Positions 41,459-52,200 of a stretch of DNA of 64,000 bases are shown here, piece by piece (position 1 is the stretch's first letter; every line of letters begins with the position of its first letter). The notes under the pieces were generated by a model. That model searched no databases, had not been told where the DNA came from, and saw nothing but the letters and a program-made list of their open reading frames with translations. Source of the DNA: an uncultured Eubacteriales bacterium (lineage in GTDB: Bacteria; Bacillota; Clostridia; Lachnospirales; Lachnospiraceae); NCBI GenBank assembly GCA_900549105.1, contig URND01000002.1:3581-67580 (forward strand). The letters are read 5' to 3'. A program made the position numbers and the translations under genes.

Positions 41459-42079
41459 ATGAAGAAAATTGATTTGTCTGCATGGGAACGAAGCTTGCAC
41501 TATCAAGTATTCCGAGATAGTGTACAACCACAGTATTGTGTGAGCTTTGACCTTGATATTACGAACTTTTTGTCACAAATCAGATTGAAAGGTTATTCAT
41601 TTACGTTTTCTTTTGTATTTGCTGTTTCAAAGTGTGCAAATGAGATTAAGGAGTTCCGATACCGATTTGTAGATGGTGAGCCTGTTGAGTTTGAAAGAAT
41701 TAATACAGCATTTACCTATTTGAATAGAGAAACGGAGTTATTTAAAGTTGTAAATGTGGAAATGCAAGATACGCTGGAAGAATATGTGGCGGTAGCAACT
41801 CGAATTGAAAAAGAGCAAAAGGAGTATTTTACTGCTCCACTAGGAAATGATGTATTCCAGTTTTCAGCTTTCCCTTGGGTGAGTTTTACTCATATTTCCC
41901 ACACGGATTCGGGCAAAAAAGATAATGCAACGCCGCTATTTGATTGGGGTAAATATTACGAAAAGGACGGTAAAATTTTATTGCCATTTTCAGCACAGGT
42001 GCATCATTCTTTTGTAGATGGTGTGCATATCGGGAAATTAGCAGAGAAATTGCAGCACTATTTGGATACTTATAAATAA
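41459..42079 (+). CDS. chloramphenicol O-acetyltransferase-family (type A CAT-like) protein
   Basis: It shows CAT architecture throughout. The C-terminus 'WGKYYEKDGKILLPFSAQVHHSFVDGVH' aligns with the CAT catalytic-His region (HHAVCDGFH), and the N-terminus 'IDLSAWERSLHY' is also CAT-like. Confidence 0.75.
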   Translation: MKKIDLSAWERSLHYQVFRDSVQPQYCVSFDLDITNFLSQIRLKGYSFTFSFVFAVSKCANEIKEFRYRFVDGEPVEFERINTAFTYLNRETELFKVVNVEMQDTLEEYVAVATRIEKEQKEYFTAPLGNDVFQFSAFPWVSFTHISHTDSGKKDNATPLFDWGKYYEKDGKILLPFSAQVHHSFVDGVHIGKLAEKLQHYLDTYK

Positions 42080-42097
42080 TGTGTTAGGAGGATAGGT

Positions 42098-42523
42098 GTG
42101 AGTAATCGTAAGGCAGCTTTTTCGGCAGAAAGCTATACCCTTTCGGGCATTCCGCATGTCAGATGCTTCGCATGGGCGCGCTGCGTCAGGCTTCGCGCGA
42201 TAAGGTATGATAAAGATATTTTAAATACTATACCGTATTATGATAAAGCTTATAATCAGATAGCAGATGTGGTTTCAGCTGCATTTTCAAATAAGGCAGT
42301 ATCTTGGCTGGATATAGGCTGTGGGACTGGCAAAATGGCAAAAGTGGCATTTGAACAATGCAATGTGGAAAAGATGATTTGTACGGATAATTCATCTGTT
42401 ATGTTAAAGGTTGCAAGACAGAAAATCAGTTTTCCCAGTGTAGAATTTTTAAAACTTCCAGTAGAAGAAATAAACTATGATTCGCAATTTGATGTAATTA
42501 CTTCTATCTTGGTGAATCACTAG
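42098..42523 (+). pseudogene. class I SAM methyltransferase, C-terminally truncated, with copy 1 of a 66-bp repeat embedded in its 5' end
   Basis: Motif I 'LDIGCGTGK' is present. The ORF ends at '...ILVNH' before the usual post-IV motifs, and the downstream frame is broken by several stops. Confidence 0.45.
42142..42207 (+). repeat. 66-bp GC-rich repeat, copy 1
   Basis: ttcgggcattccgcatgtcagatgcttcgcatgggcgcgctgcgtcaggcttcgcgcgataaggtat. It is about 91% identical to copy 2 at 47176-47241 in the same orientation. Confidence 0.8.
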
Positions 42524-42752
42524 ATGACATTTGAGCAGATACAATACAGAATATTTTCCAATAACAATACAAGAACAAATTAAGATTCTAAGAGATTGTG
42601 GCTTTATGAATGTAGAGATTTTTTGGTGTTCATATATGCAGGTTGGAATTTTAGCAATATGACGAATATGGAAATGTGCAAGGTATGTATTCAGTAAATT
42701 CAGGTATGCAAGAATGAAAAAATAGAGTAAAATAAAGAAAAGTGTGCAGAGA

Positions 42753-44046
42753 GATGATAGATTTGAATATGGAGTTGCGATTGGCAGATAATTCTGCCAT
42801 TGTATCAGAAATAGTAGAAAAAACAATCAAAACTATATATCCCCATTATTACCCGGCAGGTGCAGTGCAGTTTTTTCTTGATTTGCACTGCAAAGAGAGG
42901 ATTGAAGAGGCGATGACTTCCGAAGAAATCTATCTTGTGTTGGTACAGGAAAAACTGATAGGTACTGGGAGTATTCGGAAGAATGAGATTTGCAGATTAT
43001 TTATTTTGCCTGAGTATCAGGGAAAGGGCTATGGAAGCAGATTGATGGATTTGCTGGAAGCAAGGATTTTTGAGAATTATCCAAAGGTTCATGTGGCCGC
43101 TTCTTTTCCGGCGGAAAGTATGTATTTGAAACGGGGATATCAGATTGTATCCTACGAAAAAATTGAAGCAGAAAACGGAGATTTCCTTTGCTATCATATT
43201 ATGGAGAAAAGAAACGGGGAAGGAAGCTGTTTGTATGGAAAAGGGCCTGTAAAGGAGAGCGGTATGGTTAGAAAACACGGAAAAGAGCCATATAATATTG
43301 TGGTTTTGCATGGCGGGCCGGGAGCAGCAGGCTCAGCCTTTGGACTTGCAAGGCTGATTTCAAAAGAGTTTGGCGTCCTTGAGCCGATGCAGTCAAAATA
43401 TACGATTGAGGAGCTGGAAGAAGAGTTAATGGAGCAAATTGAAGAGAGTTGCGCTGGAAAAGTTATTTTGGCAGGACATTCCTGGGGCGCATGGCTGGCA
43501 GGATTATTTGCAGAAAGATTTCCGGATAAAGTGGAAAAAGTAATTTTGATTGGCAGCGGTCCTTTGGATGAATATTATGTTCCTCAAATCGGAGAACGCA
43601 GAAAAGAAAATATGTCATCAGAGGAAGCGGAAGAATTTGAAAAGATTCTGCGGCAGTTAGAGAACGGTTTTGGAGAGAAGGATGAATACCTGCAGCGATT
43701 AGGTGAAATATGTGATAAAGCAGACGGATATCATGAAGAGGAAGCTTTGAGGGATAAGGCAGACGTAAACGGAGATTTGTACGAAAAGGTTTGGAAGGAA
43801 GCTGCAGAGTTACGGAAATCCGGAAAACTGCTGGAAAGGCTTGGAAGGATTTCCTGCCCGATGGTGCTGATTCAAGGAGCGGTTGACCCACATCCGGCGG
43901 CGGGGGTTATTGAACCATTAAAAGCTCTTAATGTGGACATAAAATCATATGTACTTGATAAATGCGGTCATACTCCGTGGAGAGAAAAATATGCCAGAGA
44001 AGAATTTGCGAGGGTTTTGTTTTCTGAATTACGGGCCGGAAAATGA
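42753..44046 (+). CDS. GNAT N-acetyltransferase fused to an alpha/beta-hydrolase domain
   Basis: The GNAT motif A is 'ICRLFILPEYQGKGYGSRLMDLLE'. The hydrolase nucleophile elbow is 'LAGHSWGAWLAG' (GxSxG). Confidence 0.65.
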
Positions 44047-44137
44047 ATAGCGGCTATTCCGGATATTGATGAACTGGGAATTATAAATCCGCATATATTA
44101 TATAGAGATTCAATAAAATAATAAGGTATGCAGGAAA

Positions 44138-45058
44138 ATGAAAGAATATGTAGTAATATCCCTGGAAACACATTTATTTTTTGCCAGAATTATGAGGGAG
44201 CATGCGTTGTTTCTTCTGGCTGCCTTTCCGGCAGGGGAAGTGGAATATAGAAAACAGGCGGATTGGTTTCGAGAACAGTTTGAAAAAGTATTAGGGCATA
44301 CGGTAGGGCTTGCCAATGGAATAGCAGGCAAAGATGTACTGGGTTCCGGCGAAGTGTTCACTGAATTTACGGAAATGGCGGAGCAGCAGACAAGAAGGTT
44401 GACCAGGATTCCGATTAATATTCGGATTACGCAGGCGGAACAGAGATTGCGAGCCGGCGATGGAATCGGTTGTCAGAACAGAAGAATGGTACAGCAGGTG
44501 CGTCTCCTAAATCAGAGAGCCCTGTATCTGATGGATGGATTGATTGCATTTAAAGAGAAAATCTTGCAGGAGATTGGGGCCTGTCATCTGTATACAGCGA
44601 ATTATCCGCTGTTGATTGAGCATATTCTGCGGGAGGCAAAATTATATCGGCAGATTATAACTGAACTGGAAGAAAAGGGATGTATGCCGCCAAAAAATTT
44701 GAAAGAGGCAGAATTGTTCTGGAATCAGATTATGATGGAACATGCCATGTTTATTCGTGGGCTGCTTGACCCGACAGAATGTGAGCTTATGAAAACAGCA
44801 GATGATTTTGTCGGTGACTATTGTCGTTTATTGGAAGAGGCGAGAAAACAGGATTGCCGTACGCTAGATGCATTGACAAGAAAAACGCTGGAAACGACGG
44901 AACAGTATCGCGACTTTAAAGCGGCAGGTACGGAAGAAATTACAGGCTGCGGCATACGTTCCATTATTCTGCCATTGCTGGCAGACCACGTGCTCCGGGA
45001 AGCCAATCATTATCTGCGCATCCTTAAAACAGAGGGTGGCAACGGAGAATGGACTTAA
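44138..45058 (+). CDS. DUF2935-like protein (repeated 'E-H-A-L/M-F' helical motifs), function unknown
   Basis: The recurring motifs 'IMREHALFL', 'IMMEHAMFIRGL' and 'LADHVLREANHY' are as I recall for DUF2935. There are no catalytic motifs. Confidence 0.45.
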   Translation: MKEYVVISLETHLFFARIMREHALFLLAAFPAGEVEYRKQADWFREQFEKVLGHTVGLANGIAGKDVLGSGEVFTEFTEMAEQQTRRLTRIPINIRITQAEQRLRAGDGIGCQNRRMVQQVRLLNQRALYLMDGLIAFKEKILQEIGACHLYTANYPLLIEHILREAKLYRQIITELEEKGCMPPKNLKEAELFWNQIMMEHAMFIRGLLDPTECELMKTADDFVGDYCRLLEEARKQDCRTLDALTRKTLETTEQYRDFKAAGTEEITGCGIRSIILPLLADHVLREANHYLRILKTEGGNGEWT

Positions 45059-45186
45059 TATTCTGCCAGGTGAATATGTGAAGAAAAAATTTATCCCCCA
45101 CTTTATTACCTGCCTGCGTTATAATAGGTAATAAGGTGGGTAAATATATGTCTGAAATGAAAATGCACGCGTGATGCAAGGAGGAT

Positions 45187-45591
45187 ATGCTTATGCAAAA
45201 GAGAAAGAATGATTTGAATTTTGATAAATTTATAAAATTCCCGATGCCTGAGAAAATATTTAACGGTCCAAAAATAAAAGTCAGAGAAGATGGGCAGGTT
45301 TTCATCAGTCCATCGGTGATTAAAATGATAAAGGAAAATAACGAGGAGATGTGGGTGGATTCTCGGTACTCGGAGGATTATAAAACCATCGCCATAAAAC
45401 TGGATGGGGACAAGAGTTTCAGGTTTCCGAGAGGCGGTGCGATGAAGTTTAAGAAATGGAAAGAGATTCTCCAAAAGTTTGGTTATTCGATACCGGCTGT
45501 GTACTGGCTGGAATGGAATCCGGAAGAAAATCTCTGGATTGGCCGGCTTCAGGAAGTATCCGAATCTCCGGATATCGGGAGAATGGGATGA
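45187..45591 (+). CDS. hypothetical protein (134 aa)
   Basis: The ORF has an ATGA stop/start overlap with the next gene at 45588, indicating translational coupling. Confidence 0.4.
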   Translation: MLMQKRKNDLNFDKFIKFPMPEKIFNGPKIKVREDGQVFISPSVIKMIKENNEEMWVDSRYSEDYKTIAIKLDGDKSFRFPRGGAMKFKKWKEILQKFGYSIPAVYWLEWNPEENLWIGRLQEVSESPDIGRMG

Positions 45592-46112
45592 TAAAACGGC
45601 AGAAGGAGATGTCGGATTATGAATATACACAGCTGGACAAAATGGTATACCAGTTATACTTAGTTTATGGAAAAGGTTTGGAATTTGATGAATGTCGAAG
45701 TATTGCCTTTCTGAAATATGTTGAAGTGAGGAATGAACTGGATAACTTTTATAATGAGGATTTGCTGTGGATATATTCCCAAAATCGGATTATTGATGCC
45801 TTTAAGGATGAGCGGAGAAAAAGAAATGATAAGATTCGTTTAGAGGCAAAATTATCTTTGAATCAATTTATTGGAGATTCCGATGAGCCGGTTTATACTA
45901 TTTTATTTCCTGTTCGTGGGAACTTTGTTAATCATGTGTGCTTATGGAATGATATGAGACGATTTGGAAAAAGGTGCTATAAGATTTTATCTGCCCTGTA
46001 CTGGGGCGATGAGGACTGGGAGATTGTAGACGGGTTGAAAATATCTGCGAAGGAATACTTTGAAATGAAAAATTATCTTAGAATAAAATTGAAAGAGTAT
46101 GTGGAAATATGA
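45588..46112 (+). CDS. small sigma-70-family-like protein (ECF/TcdR-sized, regions 2 and 4)
   Basis: 'LLWIYSQNRIIDAFKDERRKRN' is region-2.2-like. 'CYKILSALYWGDEDWEIVDGLKISAKEYFEMKNYLRIKLKE' is a region-4-like HTH. The protein is 175 aa and coupled to both the upstream and downstream genes. Confidence 0.4.
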   Translation: MIKRQKEMSDYEYTQLDKMVYQLYLVYGKGLEFDECRSIAFLKYVEVRNELDNFYNEDLLWIYSQNRIIDAFKDERRKRNDKIRLEAKLSLNQFIGDSDEPVYTILFPVRGNFVNHVCLWNDMRRFGKRCYKILSALYWGDEDWEIVDGLKISAKEYFEMKNYLRIKLKEYVEI

Positions 46113-47590
46113 GGAAGATAACAAAGAGAAGTATCCGGGATGAAGATATTGATATCGGGCGGATTTCGAAGCGCTTGGAAGAAATTGCGGCTGCAATTAA
46201 AATGAATAATAAGAATAATCTGACGGATATAAATGTCATTTGTGAAGAGATTTTTGGCCGGATTTTGGATAGATTGTATGATATCCATCTTGTGTCACTG
46301 TCCGCAAAAGTATCAGGGAATTTTATAGCAGTGGATTTGATTGATTACGAAAACAGAATCGCATTTCAGGTGACATCAAGGGATGATAGAGAAAAGATAG
46401 AGAAAACGATTGAAAAGTTTAATGGTTCTGATTTAATTGGGTATATCGATACTCTGAATATTCTTGTTTTAAATTCCAATATTCATCATTATAGAGAGCC
46501 GGATATTGTCCGCCTGGAAAATGGAAAAGAATTTTCCTATTCGAAAAACATTTTGAATTTTAACAAACTGATTGAAGAGATAGCTAAGAAAAATGTTGAG
46601 AAAAACGGATTTATTGTGGACGTATATGATATCATCAATATGGTATATGATTCCGGGCGGCTGCGTTATTTCAGTATAAACAGGAAAACGGAAATGCTGA
46701 TGCAGACGGAGAGTGATGACTTCGGTGATGTCAGATTGTGGAAGAAAGGGTACGGCGATATTCAACTGACAGCCTATATCCCACTGTCTTATGAGGAAGA
46801 GATATGCTGTATGATGGAAAATCGCCAGCATAATATATCCGGCGTGTATCCTACATTTAATCAGGATAAGCTGCTTGAAGATTATTTTGTTTCGGAAGAA
46901 GAATTTGAAAATAAGCATAATGTCGGCCGATTTGAGGATGAAGAAGAGATTTTTATGCAGATTGAAAACATGCGTATATGTGTCAATGCGCATACGGCCC
47001 ATCATATCTACAAATTATTTGAAGAATTAAAAGACGAGTATATCGCGGCTCAGAATCAAATCGCTTCTGTTCTGGGAGTCGAAGGGCTGAAAAAAGTAGG
47101 AAAAAAGTACCTGCTTATGACCATCGATGGGACGGCATGGAAGGAAATATTGTTTTTTGCGAAAAATCATGCCCATTCGGGCACCCCGCATGTCAGATGC
47201 TCCGCATGGGCGCGCTTCGTCAAGCTCCGCGCGATAAGGTATAGTTGTTTCAAGGAAGATGGCGAAGAGGAATGGAATATATTTAATAATTGCACGGGAG
47301 ACAGAGTTACATTGTCCTTGAATGTCTATGGAAAAATTCGCGGGGATATATTGGCAGAAATCTCTGTTGATTTATCGGAATTTGAGAATGATAAGTTGAA
47401 TTTGTATTGGAGTCCGGGGTACAAGTTTGATACAAATTGTATGGATTGTTTTGACAATGTTGTCAAATGGAAGGCGGATTATACGAAAGAGTGGATTGAA
47501 AACAAACTGTTAAAAAAGGCCCATGATTTTTGGGTCGAATATCATAAAAGAAATTCGGGATGGAGAAGATTATTTGGTGTAAAGGAGTGA
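46109..47590 (+). CDS. hypothetical 493-aa protein with an N-terminal conflict-system-like domain; copy 2 of the 66-bp repeat lies in its 3' third
   Basis: Its start overlaps the sigma-like gene (ATGA). The N-terminal ~110 aa 'INVICEEIFGRILDRLYDIHLVSLSAKVSGNFIAVDLIDYENRIAFQVTSRDDREKIEKTIEKF' resemble, by uncertain recall, the SMEK-type N-terminal domains described in NTP-dependent conflict systems. Confidence 0.4.
   Translation: MRKITKRSIRDEDIDIGRISKRLEEIAAAIKMNNKNNLTDINVICEEIFGRILDRLYDIHLVSLSAKVSGNFIAVDLIDYENRIAFQVTSRDDREKIEKTIEKFNGSDLIGYIDTLNILVLNSNIHHYREPDIVRLENGKEFSYSKNILNFNKLIEEIAKKNVEKNGFIVDVYDIINMVYDSGRLRYFSINRKTEMLMQTESDDFGDVRLWKKGYGDIQLTAYIPLSYEEEICCMMENRQHNISGVYPTFNQDKLLEDYFVSEEEFENKHNVGRFEDEEEIFMQIENMRICVNAHTAHHIYKLFEELKDEYIAAQNQIASVLGVEGLKKVGKKYLLMTIDGTAWKEILFFAKNHAHSGTPHVRCSAWARFVKLRAIRYSCFKEDGEEEWNIFNNCTGDRVTLSLNVYGKIRGDILAEISVDLSEFENDKLNLYWSPGYKFDTNCMDCFDNVVKWKADYTKEWIENKLLKKAHDFWVEYHKRNSGWRRLFGVKE
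47176..47241 (+). repeat. 66-bp GC-rich repeat, copy 2
   Basis: ttcgggcaccccgcatgtcagatgctccgcatgggcgcgcttcgtcaagctccgcgcgataaggtat. It is read in the same frame as copy 1 (..PHVRC.AWAR.V.LRAIRY). Confidence 0.8.
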
Positions 47591-47594
47591 TATC

Positions 47595-48626
47595 ATGTTG
47601 GCCTATACTTATATTGAAAAGGGAAAATTTGAATTGCGGGAGAAACCAAAGCCGGAGCTGCAGAATGAGAAGGATGCTATTGTCAGGATAACCCTTGCCA
47701 GTATCTGTACAAGCGATTTACATATTAAGCACGGTTCAGTTCCAAGAGCTGTACCGGGGGTGACCGTGGGGCATGAGATGGTAGGCATCGTGGAGACCGT
47801 GGGGGATGCGGTAAAAACAGTAAAGCCGGGAGACAGGGTCACTATAAATGTGGAAACATTTTGCGGAGAATGTTTTTTCTGTAAAAACGGTTATGTAAAT
47901 AATTGTACCGATTCCGATGGCGGATGGGCGTTGGGCTGCCGTATTGACGGCGGACAGGCGGAGTATGTCCGTGTGCCTTATGCAGACCAGGGATTAAACC
48001 GGATACCGGATAGTGTGACGGATGAACAGGCATTATTTGTCGGAGACATTCTTGCTACAGGATTTTGGGCGGCTCGGATATCTGAAATTAAACCGGAGGA
48101 TACGGTGCTTATTATCGGTGCGGGTCCTACCGGAATATGTACCTTATTGTGCGTGATGCTGAAAAAGCCGAAACGGATTATCGTATGCGAGAAAGATAAA
48201 GTTCGGAGAGAATTTGTACAGAAATATTATCCGGAGGTAAGTGTTGTTGAGCCGGAGCAGCTTCAGCAATTTGTAAAAGAAAACAGCGATCACGGCGGAG
48301 CGGATGTGATACTGGAGGTTGCCGGGGCAAAAGATACTTTCAGGATGGCATGGGAAAATGCAAGACCCAATGCCATTGTGACTGTTGTGGCCTTGTATGA
48401 CGAGGCGCAGATATTGCCGCTGCCGGATATGTATGGGAAAAATCTGACTTTCAAAACGGGCGGTGTCGATGGCTGTGACTGCGAAGAAATACTTCGGCTG
48501 ATTGAGGAAGGAAAAATTGATACAACGCCTTTGATTACCCATACATATCCTCTTGAGCATATTGCAGAAGCCTATGATTTGTTTGAAAACAGGCGGGACA
48601 ATGTTATCAAAGTGGCTATTAAATAA
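47595..48626 (+). CDS. Zn-dependent alcohol dehydrogenase (MDR superfamily)
   Basis: The catalytic Zn motif is 'GHEMVGIVETVGDAV', the structural Zn motif is 'CGECFFCKNGYVNNC' and the Rossmann motif is 'IIGAGPTG'. Confidence 0.85.
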   Translation: MLAYTYIEKGKFELREKPKPELQNEKDAIVRITLASICTSDLHIKHGSVPRAVPGVTVGHEMVGIVETVGDAVKTVKPGDRVTINVETFCGECFFCKNGYVNNCTDSDGGWALGCRIDGGQAEYVRVPYADQGLNRIPDSVTDEQALFVGDILATGFWAARISEIKPEDTVLIIGAGPTGICTLLCVMLKKPKRIIVCEKDKVRREFVQKYYPEVSVVEPEQLQQFVKENSDHGGADVILEVAGAKDTFRMAWENARPNAIVTVVALYDEAQILPLPDMYGKNLTFKTGGVDGCDCEEILRLIEEGKIDTTPLITHTYPLEHIAEAYDLFENRRDNVIKVAIK

Positions 48627-48634
48627 AATTTTTC

Positions 48635-49096
48635 TTAATTTAGAAGCCAGATGAAAAAGTTTAAGTACCCTGCAAAGGCTACCCATAGCAGGTATGGCAG
48701 CATCAGATATTCGGTTGATTTTGATATTTGACGAAAGAGAACGGTTGTTTTGAGAATCAGCAGCCACAGTAAAATGAGCCAGATAAATGCAAACAGGTAC
48801 AGCTTCAGATTGAAAAAGATAATCGGCCAGAAAAAATTAAATACAAGCTGAATACCGTATGCAGTCAAAGCAGCGGTGTGTGGTTTCCCGGATGTAAGCA
48901 CCAGATAGGATGCGATTCCCATAAGGATATATAGAATCGTCCATACCACAGGGAACAGCCAGCCGGGAGGGGCCAGAAACGGTTTATTAAGAGATTCAAA
49001 CATTTCCATGTTGTTTCGGGTTAAAAGTGCAGATAAGCCTCCGATTGCGAGCGGTATGGCAAGACAGGCAATCAGGTTTTTCCATTGAATTTTCAA
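48635..49096 (-). CDS. TspO/MBR-family (tryptophan-rich sensory) membrane protein
   Basis: 153 aa with five transmembrane helices and a Trp-rich sequence 'PPGWLFPVVWTILY', convergent with the alcohol dehydrogenase gene. Confidence 0.8.
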   Translation of the reverse strand: MKIQWKNLIACLAIPLAIGGLSALLTRNNMEMFESLNKPFLAPPGWLFPVVWTILYILMGIASYLVLTSGKPHTAALTAYGIQLVFNFFWPIIFFNLKLYLFAFIWLILLWLLILKTTVLFRQISKSTEYLMLPYLLWVAFAGYLNFFIWLLN

Positions 49097-49241
49097 AAAA
49101 TCACCCCTTACTACTGTTATGATTCAGGAGGACTTTTTATTCTATTTTTATTTAGGCTATTATTTAAAGCAAGGACGATTAACAAGATTTATTGGGTGGC
49201 AAAGTAATATTTTGACAAGAGAATGAGGAGAAATTGAGAAT

Positions 49242-52200
49242 ATGGGATTTTTAAACAGGATTTTTGGTTATAAAAAAGTAAAAATGGATAATTCTCCAAA
49301 GGATTCTATTATATCGGAAAATTCCATTCCTAAGAATGAAAATGTTATCAAATTGATTGAACTGAAATCTTTTATTGGTTCTTTAATGGATGCTGACAGG
49401 TATATTGCAAAGAGTGAATATAATGAAGAAGTAAAGAACTGCTCTGATGTCATTTCATTTTTTAATGTATTGAAAAGCAGCGGAATGTTGGATAAGTTTT
49501 GCCAGCTTAATGGCATTTCTCTGGCCGAAATTGAAGATACTTTATATTGTTATGAAAATATAGAAAAGCAGATGGCGCAGCATAATGATGATTTTGTTGT
49601 GAGGACCATGGTTAGGGAGAAGTTTTACCTGGATAATGTTTTGAAAGCAGTTGACCCGGTAATTTCTTTGGATGAAGACCAGAGAAGGGTGATTTTAACG
49701 GATGAAGATTATTGTTTAGTTATTGCAGGTGCAGGTGCCGGAAAGACAACAACCGTTGCTGCAAAGGTAAAATATCTTGTGGATAAGCAGGAGGTTAAAC
49801 CTTCGCAGATTCTTGTCGTTTCATATACAAATAAAGCGGTAAATGAGCTGAAGGAAAAGATACATGGCGCCTTAAAAATTGAGTGCCCGATTGCAACATT
49901 TCATTCTGTGGGAAATACTATCATACATGCGAATACACCGGATGTACAGTTGAAAATTGTTGAAGATTATAGATTATATTTTGTAATCAGAGATTATTTT
50001 CGAGGTTCTCTTATGCGGAAAGAGAGCGTTGTCAATAAACTGATTATGTTTTTTGCTTCCTATTTTGATGCACCGTATGAGGGTGACGATTTAAATGGAT
50101 TCTTCAATAATATTGCGAAAGCAAATTATTCAACGATGAGAAGCGACCTGGAAGATTTTAAGCGTGAAGTCATTGATGCAAGAACGAAGAAGTCAGTCAC
50201 CATTCGAAATGAGGTTTTGAGGTCTCATCAGGAGGTGGAGATTGCAAATTTTCTTTATCTTAACAACATTGATTATGAGTATGAGCCTATTTATCCGTAT
50301 AATATGCCATATGCCCGGAAACCATATACGCCGGATTTTGTCATCTATCAGGATGGCAGGAGCGCCTATATAGAACATTTTGGAATATCGGAAAATGGAC
50401 AAAACGACATATATTGCCAGGAAGAATTGGACCGATATAAAAAGGCGGTAAATGATAAAGTAAAGTTACATAAGCAGCATGGAACGACATTGATTTATAC
50501 ATTTTCATCATATAATGACAAAAAACCGTTGTTAGTTCATCTTCGCGAGGAGATGGAGGAAAAAGGCTTCGAACTTAAACAAAGGTCAGATAAAGAAGTA
50601 ATGGAAATGTTGGTCGCAGGAGAAGAGAACCGATATGTCCGTAAGTTAGTCAATCTTATCTGCCGGTTTATTTCTAATTTCAAAGTCAATGGATATACGG
50701 AGGAGGAGTTTAGCCGCATGTATCATTCTACCCAGAATGTACGGAGCAGACTGTTTTTGGATATTTGTAATGATTGTTATCTGGAGTATGAAAGATGGTT
50801 GAAAGAGAACAGCGCGGTTGACTTTGAAGATATGATTAATGAATCTGCCAAAATTCTCAAAGAAGTAAAAGAAATGAAGCAGAAACTGGATTATAAGTAC
50901 ATTATCGTGGATGAGTATCAGGATATTTCCAGACAGCGATTTGACCTTGTTAAGGCATTGTCTGAAGTGACAAATGCAAAGATTATTGCGGTTGGCGATG
51001 ACTGGCAGTCTATTTATGCCTTCAGCGGTTCGGATATTACTCTTTTCACTAAATTTAAGGAGAAGATGGGCTATGCCAGGATGCTGAAGATTGTAAAGAC
51101 TTATAGAAATTCTCAGGATGTCATAGATATTGCCGGGAACTTTATACAGCGTAATACGGAACAGATTCCTAAACAGTTGATTTCAGATAAGAGAATAGAG
51201 AATCCTGTGATTATATATACATATGATAGTACATTAAAAAGCAGAGATGGAAGTCGTAGAAACGGAGCAAATTATGCGTTGGCGCGTGCGGTAGAAACGG
51301 CGTTAGCCCAACTCCTGGAGTATAAGAAAAAAGAAAATAAAGAGCCGGGACCGATTTTATTGCTGGGAAGATTTGGCTTCGATGGAGATAATCTGGAAAG
51401 GTCAGGCTTGTTTGAATATATAAATCGGGGAAATAAAGTGAAGAGTGTTAAATATCCGAAATTGGATATTACCTTTATGACGGCCCATTCATCTAAGGGG
51501 TTGGGATATGATGATGTTATTATTGTGAATGGAAAAAATGAAACTTATGGATTTCCGTCAAAAATTGAAGATGACCCGGTTTTGGCTTTTGTGATTAAAG
51601 GGGACAGGTCTATTGATTATGCGGAAGAGAGAAGATTATTCTATGTTGCTATGACGAGAACAAAGAATAGAGTTTTCCTGATTGCACCGGAGAAAAATCC
51701 ATCAGAGTTTCTGCTTGAATTAAAGAGGGATTATAAGAATGTTATCCTATGTGGGGAGTGGAATGATGAAAACATTTCAACCACATTGAAGAAGTCATGC
51801 CCTCTTTGCGGATTTCCGATGCAGCTTAAATATAAAAGAGCATACGGTTTGCGGCTTTATATATGTACGAATGAGCCGGAGATTTGTGGGTTTATGACTA
51901 ATGATTATCGCTCTGGCAAGATGTCGATTCAAAAATGTGATAAATGTCAGGATGGATATCTGATTGTAAAACAGGGACAGAATAAAGATTTCTTTCTGGG
52001 ATGTACGAATTATAAAGCAGATGGAAGTGGATGTGGGAAGATGGTCAGCAAGAAGGCTTTTTATGAGCAGATGGGATATGAGACAGAGGGACCCGCAGTC
52101 AGACAGGATATCAGGACTCAGGGAAAAATCGAGGGAAAGTCCCGGAAAGTGGTTTTAGATATCGAAAGAAAGCCTGTTGTCAGTGAAGAACTTAAAGATG

